Of a stretch of DNA of 24,181 nt, positions 1 through 7,246 are shown piece by piece. Within the stretch, counting starts at the first letter, position 1. Each line of letters starts with the position of its first letter. Source of the DNA: an uncultured archaeon (GTDB taxonomy: Archaea; Asgardarchaeota; Lokiarchaeia; Sigyniarchaeales; SOKP01); contig CAZBPC010000049.1 of NCBI GenBank assembly GCA_964493715.1, positions 1-24,181 of the forward strand, given 5' to 3'. The notes below the pieces were generated by a model. That model made no database searches. It was not told the DNA's origin and saw nothing but the letters and a program-made list of their open reading frames with translations. Both the position numbers and the translations under genes were made by a program.

Positions 1-1015
1 TTGTAACTGCTGGATTTATGCTATGACCTGAACCAAAGATATATCCTCCACCTGGCGCTAATTCTCGTATTAATTTTTTTGCGTAATCTTCAATCTCCGA
101 AATATCTCCCATTGCTAACATGATAGGGCTTAAATTTCCAACAAATGTAATTTTATCGCCATATTTTTCGTTTAATTTAAATATGTCATATTCTGGGTTA
201 GCAGTAGTAGATTCGATCGGATTGAGGGCATCAACACCACACTTTATAATGTCCTCAAAGATTTCCATTAAATCTCCATCGGAGTGTAATAATATTTTAC
301 AATCACGCTTATGAGCAGCATCGCATATCTGCTTTATCCATGGAAAAATATATTTTCGGTATAAATTAGGTCTCATGAACAAGCCATTTTTAAATCCATA
401 ATCGTCCCAAAGTAACACCATTTGGGCATCATTTTCAGCCAAGATTTTCACTAATTCTAGCGTAAAAGATCCTCTGTCATCAAATACTTTTCTGATTTGT
501 TTATCGCGCCCCAGTATTCTTGAAAAGGTTTCAAGTCCAAATCCTTCCCAAGTACATTCCATGAGTGATCCTGTAGCTGGAATAGAAAAAACAACGTCAT
601 TCATTTCTTTTTGAAGTTTTCTTCCGCTTTCAAATTGTGCTAATCTCGATTTCAAGTGTGGATCCGGCTGTTCCCAACTTTCGTAGTCTTCAAAACTTTT
701 AAAATGACCTCCATGATAAGCGAGAATTTGGGTACCATCTTCACTATTTTCAAACTTCATTAAACGACCATATTCATCAATAAATCCCTGTTTACCTTTT
801 AGAAACGTTCTTGGGAAAAGACTTACAGCAGTAAGGACTAAATCTATACCTACTTTATAGAAGAATTCATAGGCACCTTTATAGCCACCAGAAGTTCTTG
901 GATCAATTCCATAATATCTCATTATTGTGTTATTTGTAAATGCACTTTCAAAAGCGGGAACTTTATCTGCTTCTTCATGCTCAATAATTTTTAATATTCT
1001 TTCTGGAGCGTTCAT
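1..1015 (-). CDS. Uroporphyrinogen decarboxylase / MtaA-CmuA-like (URO-D family) protein, 3' end runs off the window
   Basis: Not in ORF track. Manual translation from ATG at 1015: MNAPERILKIIEHEEADKVPAFE...FIDEYGR...WDDYGFKNGLFMRP...ILLHSDGDL...IAPGGGYIFGSGHSINPAVT, the typical URO-D-like TIM-barrel motif series. Confidence 0.85.
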   Translation of the reverse strand, partial: MNAPERILKIIEHEEADKVPAFESAFTNNTIMRYYGIDPRTSGGYKGAYEFFYKVGIDLVLTAVSLFPRTFLKGKQGFIDEYGRLMKFENSEDGTQILAYHGGHFKSFEDYESWEQPDPHLKSRLAQFESGRKLQKEMNDVVFSIPATGSLMECTWEGFGLETFSRILGRDKQIRKVFDDRGSFTLELVKILAENDAQMVLLWDDYGFKNGLFMRPNLYRKYIFPWIKQICDAAHKRDCKILLHSDGDLMEIFEDIIKCGVDALNPIESTTANPEYDIFKLNEKYGDKITFVGNLSPIMLAMGDISEIEDYAKKLIRELAPGGGYIFGSGHSINPAVT

Positions 1016-1119
1016 TTTAACCCTAAGTTAATAAAAATTTATTAAATTCTATTATTTATTATTCTTAATCATTTAAATATATAAATTTTTAAATTTACAA
1101 GTTTGTAATTGATTCTGAA

Positions 1120-1761
1120 TTGAATGAGTTAAGAAGGTTAACAAGGGATTATTTTTCGAGAGATACGATCTCAGTGGCCAAGGACCTCTTAGGAAACTAT
1201 CTCGTAAGAAAATCAGCTCAAAAAATAATGATTGGAAAAATAATTGAGTTAGAAGCCTATTTAGGTCCAAAGGATAAAGCTTGTCATTGCTATAATTATA
1301 AAAAAACTGAGAAAACAAAAGTAATGTATAAAAAACCTGGTACAATTTATGTTTATTATATTTATGGCACATATTTCTGCCTTAACGTTATCACTGAACC
1401 AGAGGGGTTTCCGTGTGGTATATTCATCAGAAAATTGTATCCAATAGAGGGAATTGAATTGATGAAAGAAAATCGGAACGTAAAAGTAGGCAAGAATTAT
1501 AAAAATTTAGTGGATGGTCCCAGTAAACTTTGCATAGCTATGAATATAACTAAGAAGAAATTTAATGGTAAAGATTCTTGCGCTGAAAACTCAGAACTCT
1601 TTTTTGCCGAGGGAGAGAAGATTGAGGATAAGAAAATCTTATTAGGAAAAAGAATTGGAATAGAATATGCTGAAGAAGATAAAGATCGATTCCTACGTTT
1701 CACATTAGAGGAGTTAAAAGACCCGACTCTTGGCTCCAATCCCAGAGCTATGACCAGATAA
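1120..1761 (+). CDS. mpg: DNA-3-methyladenine glycosylase (MPG/AAG family)
   Basis: Motifs VAKDLLG..LV, IIELEAYLG..DKACH, PGTIYVYYIYG.YFCLNV, GPSKLC.AM.I, GKRIGI. TTG start; the last ~14 codons overlap the antisense SRP RNA. Confidence 0.93.
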   Translation: MNELRRLTRDYFSRDTISVAKDLLGNYLVRKSAQKIMIGKIIELEAYLGPKDKACHCYNYKKTEKTKVMYKKPGTIYVYYIYGTYFCLNVITEPEGFPCGIFIRKLYPIEGIELMKENRNVKVGKNYKNLVDGPSKLCIAMNITKKKFNGKDSCAENSELFFAEGEKIEDKKILLGKRIGIEYAEEDKDRFLRFTLEELKDPTLGSNPRAMTR

Positions 1762-2023
1762 TACACCCCTCCACGCCCTTACCTTGAAGCGTGAACGTCT
1801 AACCTTACGACTGCTCCATCCCTGGCCTGGTCGGGTTCGGAATTACGGGTTTATGCCTTCCCTACAGAAAACAACACCACAGATACCCACCATCAAGGGG
1901 AGCGCTTCGCCGGAATGTAAAATTGGATAACAATGCTTATGAAACCTCAAATCGGGCAATTTCCGCTATGAGCATTTTGCGGTCAATCCAACGAAGGGAT
2001 ATCAGGCATTGCCCAACTTGCCC
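1716..2023 (-). ncRNA. ffs: Archaeal-type signal recognition particle RNA (7S SRP RNA, ~305 nt)
   Basis: GC-rich island. On the minus strand, helix 8 reads CGAC-CAGG-CCA-GGGA-UGG-AGCA-GUCG (1833-1808), the SRP54-binding CAGG/AGCA loop with a GNRA tetraloop. Helix 6 has a GUAG tetraloop (1865-1862). Long helix-5 pairings: GCCCGAUUU/GAGUCGGGU, GGUUUCA/UGGAGCC, UACAUUCC/GGGGUGUA, CCUUGA/UCAAGG. Ends in a U-run. The 5' end is approximate. Confidence 0.93.
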
Positions 2024-2307
2024 ATATATATAAAAAAACGGGAAAATAAAAAATTTCTCATTTTTTTCCAAATCTCGCATGTATCGCAATCTCCCGGCAA
2101 TATTTTAAAATATTCTATTAAAAATCTAAGATAAGTGAAATTTGTTTCATACTTTTCCCTCTTTAAATTACGTATGATATCTTCTTTTAGATAAAATCTA
2201 ATATTATATTTTATGTATTTTAAATCTGACCCTCTGATTGTATATATTCCTGAAATTCAAGTATTCTAACCGACAAATAATATAAAGAAATATAAAATAA
2301 ATTAATC

Positions 2308-2766
2308 TTAGTTCTGAATTTTTTTTCTTAGGTAATATCTGTGAATTAATAAGATTATTCCCAATATGAAACACAAAAGAAGAGGAATTATTATTTCCAT
2401 TATAATTGAGGATACATATGATAATGAACCAAGGTCGTACCAAATTGGAAAACCATGCAATAAGAACCCAATTCCAATTATAGAGAAAAAAATTATAACC
2501 CCTCCAAAAATTAAATCAATTTTAGTGAGGTTTTTTTTTCCTTTTAAAGTTTTTCTTGGTTTTACTATGAAATAAATACATAAAAATAATGTAATCATTA
2601 AAATAAATTCCTCTAAATACAAACAACCGAGACCTACTCCATAAAACAATAAGGTGGGATAGTGTGTGGTCAATCCAAGTAGTATTGGTAAAACACCTAT
2701 TATAAAAATTAATCCTATAAAAAGTACCAAAACCGTAATTATCCTATTTCTTTTTTTTAAATCCAT
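2308..2766 (-). CDS. Hypothetical integral membrane protein (~4 TM helices)
   Basis: Four hydrophobic segments separated by a basic loop (KPRKTLKGKK). ATG at 2766 (MDLKKRNR) preferred over TTG at 2778. No recognised family. Confidence 0.7.
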   Translation of the reverse strand: MDLKKRNRIITVLVLFIGLIFIIGVLPILLGLTTHYPTLLFYGVGLGCLYLEEFILMITLFLCIYFIVKPRKTLKGKKNLTKIDLIFGGVIIFFSIIGIGFLLHGFPIWYDLGSLSYVSSIIMEIIIPLLLCFILGIILLIHRYYLRKKIQN

Positions 2767-2971
2767 AATCCTTCCCAAGTCAATGAGATTTTTATCTATT
2801 TTTATATATAGAATTAAGAAGTGTTTTATTTAATCTTATCGACTGTAATCCTTATTTTCCTATCTTTCTTCAGAATTATAAAACATCCAATCTATTCTAC
2901 AATTCATCTGATAGCAACTTTCGAGTAATATCTCTTCTTAATATAGAGATAAATAATAAAAACTGAAATTT

Positions 2972-2996
2972 ATAATTAGAAGTGGTTCTTTAAAAT
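2972..2996 (+). repeat. Copy of the 25-nt leader preceding the first Ldh_2 gene (other copy 14458-14482)
   Basis: ATAATTAGAAGTGGTTCTTTAAAAT (2972-2996) vs ATAATTAGAAGTGGTTCATTAAAAT (14458-14482): 24/25 identical. Confidence 0.75.
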
Positions 2997-3072
2997 TAAC
3001 TTTTGTTAAGATAGGTAGATTTTTACACTCCCGAGATTTTCCCAATTTATATTTTCAAAGTAATTCGTATCG

Positions 3073-3693
3073 TTATTTTACCAAAATCTGGGAAAGTCGA
3101 GAAGTTAAATCCGCTATCTCATTTTGATATTGTTTAACCTCGTTCTCTTTTTCTGTCAATTCCTTCAAACATTGATTTAATTCGGTTTTTTTTTGGTTGT
3201 ATTGAGCTTTTATTAATTTCATATCTTCATCTGATTTTTTTTGAAATGTTTTTCCATATTTTAGCTGGATTTTTCCTAATTTAATGCGGGCATTGGCAAC
3301 TTTCAATTTTGAAGTGGCTTGTGAGAGTTTACTTTCAGCTAGCTCTTCTTCAAGTTTGGCTATTTCTTTATGATGTTTTGCAAGTTCTAATTGATTTTCA
3401 GCAACTTTTTCATGATATTCTATAAAATTCTTTTCTTTTTTAATTACTTCTTCTGAGAAATTTAAAAGTTCTCTGGATTTCATCTGGTTTTCTAATAATT
3501 TTTTATTATGATTAACCAAGTTTTTTCGTATTTGATTTAATTCAATCTCTTTTTCAGCAAATCTCTCTCTACTTTTTGCTTTTTTCAATAGATTTTTAGC
3601 TAATTTCTTCAATTCCAATGCAACTAAATTTTCTTTTTTAGCAATAATTAAATTCTCTTGTGCTATTAAATTAAGATTAAATAAATTTTCCAT
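3073..3693 (-). CDS. Hypothetical all-helical coiled-coil protein (~206 aa)
   Basis: E/K/L/Q-rich heptad pattern throughout. ATG at 3693 (MENLFNLN) is preceded by AGGTGA 7 nt upstream, favouring it over the ORF-track start at 3753. Confidence 0.75.
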   Translation of the reverse strand: MENLFNLNLIAQENLIIAKKENLVALELKKLAKNLLKKAKSRERFAEKEIELNQIRKNLVNHNKKLLENQMKSRELLNFSEEVIKKEKNFIEYHEKVAENQLELAKHHKEIAKLEEELAESKLSQATSKLKVANARIKLGKIQLKYGKTFQKKSDEDMKLIKAQYNQKKTELNQCLKELTEKENEVKQYQNEIADLTSRLSQILVK

Positions 3694-3854
3694 TTGATAT
3701 TCACCTAATAATTTAAATAGAATCTCTGTAATTCCTTCCTCAGAATCTACCATTTTAGAAAATTGTAAATTGATTCAAGGTAAAATATTAATTCATCATT
3801 GGAAATTAAATTTTTGTGAGACTCTTTCATAGATTGTATTATCATAAATGCTTC

Positions 3855-3898
3855 TTAAATACTTAATCATCTGATTTATCATTAAATAACTTAATCAT
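3855..3898. promoter_or_regulatory. Direct repeat TTAAAT(A)ACTTAATCAT in the divergent intergenic region between the coiled-coil gene and USP
   Basis: TTAAATACTTAATCAT at 3855-3870 and TTAAATAACTTAATCAT at 3882-3898. AT-rich context weakens significance. Confidence 0.3.
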
Positions 3899-4066
3899 TT
3901 AAAAATATTAAGTTGATATTAAATAGAAGGATTAAAAGAAGCTATTTTCATATTTTAGAAAGCTTAAACTAGTTAGTATTTATAATTTTAAGTTAAAAAT
4001 TTAATACCTTATCTTTAAATATAGTACTTTTATATCTAGTATTATAATTTAACAAGTTGATGCATT

Positions 4067-4540
4067 ATTTATAGGAAAATTTTAGTTGGGATTGATGGAT
4101 CCGAACACTCATACAAGGCAATACTAAAGGCAATTGAGCTTCAAAAAGAGAGCAATAGTCAAGTGATCGTGTTTCATTCCGTAAAGTATGAAGCTATACC
4201 GAGTGGTACTTTCATGGCGTCATCATTTAGCGTTCCGCATATCTATAGCATTTCAGATCCAGATGTACAAAGAATTAAAGAAGTATATGAAAAAAATGCT
4301 CAGATGATTGTGAATCGAGTGGAGGATATATTTAAGGAACAGGGATTAGATGTAGAAACTCGATTAATATTTGATGAGACTCCTGGATCCTATATTAAAA
4401 AAACAGTGAAACATGAGAATATTGACCTTGTAATAGTAGGCAGTAAAGGTCTTCATTCTCTTACCGAAGAATTTCTACTCGGCTCTGTAGCAGAAAAGGT
4501 TCTAAGACACACACCTTGTGACGTTTTAGTTATACGTTAA
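4067..4540 (+). CDS. Universal stress protein (UspA family), probable ATT start
   Basis: In-frame sequence upstream of the track start (4163) encodes the canonical USP N-terminus YRKILVGIDGSEHSYKAILKA. C-terminal motif DLVIVGSKG...LLGSVAEKVLRHTPCDVLVIR. The in-frame TGA at 4058-4060 leaves only ATT (4064/4067) as a candidate start. Confidence 0.9.
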   Translation: MYRKILVGIDGSEHSYKAILKAIELQKESNSQVIVFHSVKYEAIPSGTFMASSFSVPHIYSISDPDVQRIKEVYEKNAQMIVNRVEDIFKEQGLDVETRLIFDETPGSYIKKTVKHENIDLVIVGSKGLHSLTEEFLLGSVAEKVLRHTPCDVLVIR

Positions 4541-4654
4541 TTAATTTTTTTTTCCCACTATGACAAGATATAGGATCGCAAGTTTGAAATTTTGGATCTG
4601 AAATTAAAAATTAAAAATGATTAAATTATCTCATTTAAATTAAAAAAATAGGTT

Positions 4655-7105
4655 TTATATTTGGTTCAATTTTTTTGTATCTCTTCTATTCAACCACTTT
4701 AATGTAAATGTTTTAATGAAATTATTACCTATAAACGCTCCAAGGGCAAACACCCAAATGAAACCAGTTAAACCCCAACCAAGAGGTGCCATGAAAATTC
4801 CAGTAGCAGCAAAAATAGTCGCTACAATTTGAGTGCTTTCACAAGTGTAAAAAAGGCTTTTTGATGGAAAAGGGCGCTTCCAAAAATTGTCTTCCTCTGT
4901 TCGTGTAAGATATATTGTCATATGACCAGCTACGGTTAATTTCAAGAAAATAAATGTCTGAAGTACTGCAGGATCGAGAACAAATACAAATCTACCAATT
5001 AAAAATATAGTAAAACTAAATGCTACCCCAGCAATCCCTAAAATTGAAGATAAAATTAATATTCTTTGCATTCTCCATCTTACTGGTTTTTGGTCAATTC
5101 TTGTGTTATCAAAAGCAATTGTCATTATTGGTAAATCGTTTAAAAGTGCTAAAATCACAATCATAACTGCAGTAATTGGATAAAAGTTAAGGATTGTGAT
5201 AGAAAGGACTAGGAAGATTAGAATCCGAACGGTTTCAGCAATTCTATAAACTGCATAACTTTTCATTCTTTCAAAGATTTTTCGACTTTCCTGTGTAGCT
5301 TTTATAATCACTGATATCCCCGGATCAGTCAACACAATATCGGCTGCAGATTTTGCAGCATCTGTGGCATTAGAAACTGCGATCCCGATGTCTGCTTTTT
5401 TCAAGGCAGGAGCATCGTTAACTCCATCCCCTGTCATCCCAACCACATGATCTTTACTTTGCAGTAATTCTACAATGTGATATTTATGTTCGGGATACAC
5501 TTCAGCAAAACCGTCAGCATTCTCAACTAAGCGAATTGTATCAGAATCATGTTTTCCTACAATTTCAGTGGATAGGACTATATTCGTCCCAATTCCAAGA
5601 TTACCCGCTATTTGTTTTGCTATTTCAATATGATCACCAGTTACCATTTTCACATTTATACCTAACGATTTTGCTGTCTTTATTGTTTCAAATGAATCTT
5701 CTCTCGGAGGATCATGAAGAGCTACGATCCCTACATACTTCCAGGTAATTTGATTGTCGGATATTGCTACTCCAAGAGCTCTGAATCCTTTAGATGCAAA
5801 AATCTTTCCTTGACTGTTTACTTTATCTTCCATGGTGGGATCTGCTTTGGTTAAATTTAAAATCACTTGGAGAGCTCCTTTAGATACTTGAAGCGATTTA
5901 TTATCTTTATCTTCTATGCTTGCTTCTGTCCGCTTTTTTATTGGATCGAAAGGCTTGAATGACTTTAAATTATATTTGGAATATAGAGAATACATTTTCG
6001 AATCTTCTTTCATTTTAGAAAAAAAAGCATCATCAATTGGGTCCTTGCTCTCCTCTTTTGATGCCAGTCCACCATAAAGAATTACATCTTGTTCAGAATA
6101 ATTACTAAAAGATATAACCTTAGCTATTGATATTTGATTCTTAGTGAGAGTTCCAGTTTTATCACTACATAGAACATCCATACTGGCTGCTTCTTCAATA
6201 GAAAGCAATCTACTCACAATCGCTTTTTTTTTAGCCAATTCCATTGCACCTACTGCCATAGAAACCATCATAACAGCAGGTAACGCGACTGGAATTGCAG
6301 CAACAACTAAAACTAGAGCAAACTGTAAGATATTAAAAAAACCTTCCGCTCTTATTAACCCGATAATAAAAACAAGTGATACTAGTAAAATTGCTAAAAT
6401 AATAAGATAATTACCGATCTTAACGATAGCTTGCTGAAAGTGGCTTCTTGTTTTTGCTTCTTCAACTAATTTTGTCGTCTTTCCGAAGAATGTATTTAAT
6501 CCAGTCCCCACTACAACACCATTCATCTCACCCTGGCGAATTATTGCTCCTTCGAATGCCATATCTGAAACCTTTTTATCAACTGGTAATGATTCCCCCG
6601 TTAAAACAGATTCATCCATTGTAAGGTACTCTCCATCTATCAATTTTACATCTGCAGGGATAATATCACCTAATCTAAGATGCACGATGTCTCCCGGAAC
6701 TAAATTTTTCGCTTCAAATTCTATCCAATTTCCATCTCGCAGTACTTTACACCTTAATGCGAGTTTTTCTTTTAATAATTCTATTGCATTATCCGCTTTG
6801 TTTTCTTCCCAAAAACGTACAACGCTATTAATTAAAAGCATTGCTATAATAATGGCAAAATCATCCCATTCCTCTATAACAAGAGATAGAATAGCTGCAA
6901 TTTCAATCATCCAAGGAATCGGACCCCAAAAGTTGCGTAGAAATTTTAATACAGGTGATTTTTTTTTCTCCGGAATCTCATTAGTCCCATATTTTTGAAG
7001 TCGATTTGTTGCCTCTTGAGAAGTAAGACCTTTTTCACTGGTAGATAATTTTTGATAGATTTCATTAATAGCTAATTCTTTCGCTTCTTTAATATTAATC
7101 TCCAT
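4655..7105 (-). CDS. Plasma-membrane proton-efflux P-type ATPase (P3A, PMA1/AHA-like), copy 1
   Basis: FWGPIPWMIE, LTGES, IPVALP, CSDKTGTLT (phospho-Asp), DPPRED, VTGD, MTGDGVNDAPALKKAD, TM5 YRIAET (Arg), TM6 LLNDLPIMTIAFD (proton-acceptor Asp). ATG at 7105 preferred over GTG at 7120. Confidence 0.95.
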   Translation of the reverse strand: MEINIKEAKELAINEIYQKLSTSEKGLTSQEATNRLQKYGTNEIPEKKKSPVLKFLRNFWGPIPWMIEIAAILSLVIEEWDDFAIIIAMLLINSVVRFWEENKADNAIELLKEKLALRCKVLRDGNWIEFEAKNLVPGDIVHLRLGDIIPADVKLIDGEYLTMDESVLTGESLPVDKKVSDMAFEGAIIRQGEMNGVVVGTGLNTFFGKTTKLVEEAKTRSHFQQAIVKIGNYLIILAILLVSLVFIIGLIRAEGFFNILQFALVLVVAAIPVALPAVMMVSMAVGAMELAKKKAIVSRLLSIEEAASMDVLCSDKTGTLTKNQISIAKVISFSNYSEQDVILYGGLASKEESKDPIDDAFFSKMKEDSKMYSLYSKYNLKSFKPFDPIKKRTEASIEDKDNKSLQVSKGALQVILNLTKADPTMEDKVNSQGKIFASKGFRALGVAISDNQITWKYVGIVALHDPPREDSFETIKTAKSLGINVKMVTGDHIEIAKQIAGNLGIGTNIVLSTEIVGKHDSDTIRLVENADGFAEVYPEHKYHIVELLQSKDHVVGMTGDGVNDAPALKKADIGIAVSNATDAAKSAADIVLTDPGISVIIKATQESRKIFERMKSYAVYRIAETVRILIFLVLSITILNFYPITAVMIVILALLNDLPIMTIAFDNTRIDQKPVRWRMQRILILSSILGIAGVAFSFTIFLIGRFVFVLDPAVLQTFIFLKLTVAGHMTIYLTRTEEDNFWKRPFPSKSLFYTCESTQIVATIFAATGIFMAPLGWGLTGFIWVFALGAFIGNNFIKTFTLKWLNRRDTKKLNQI

Positions 7106-7246
7106 AAATATGAAAGACACTATTAAGTATTTAAACCTTTTTTCATCGAATTATAGAGAGATATAATTCAAATATACTTTTTTGTCGATAATTTGATTGT
7201 GCTAATAGATTAATAAATAAAGTAAAAAAAAATAAATAATTAAAAT

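Noticed and set aside
120-1766. Short ORFs 120-314, 1073-1372 and 1497-1766
   Set aside because: Antisense shadows of the URO-D-like and mpg genes with no motifs.
1716-2023. GC-rich island as tRNA, RNase P RNA or IS end
   Set aside because: No cloverleaf, RNase P motif or terminal inverted repeats were seen; the SRP helix 5/6/8 motifs explain it.
2204-2575. ORFs 2204-2443 (-) and 2366-2575 (+)
   Set aside because: They overlap the better-supported membrane-protein gene and have low-complexity AT-driven composition.
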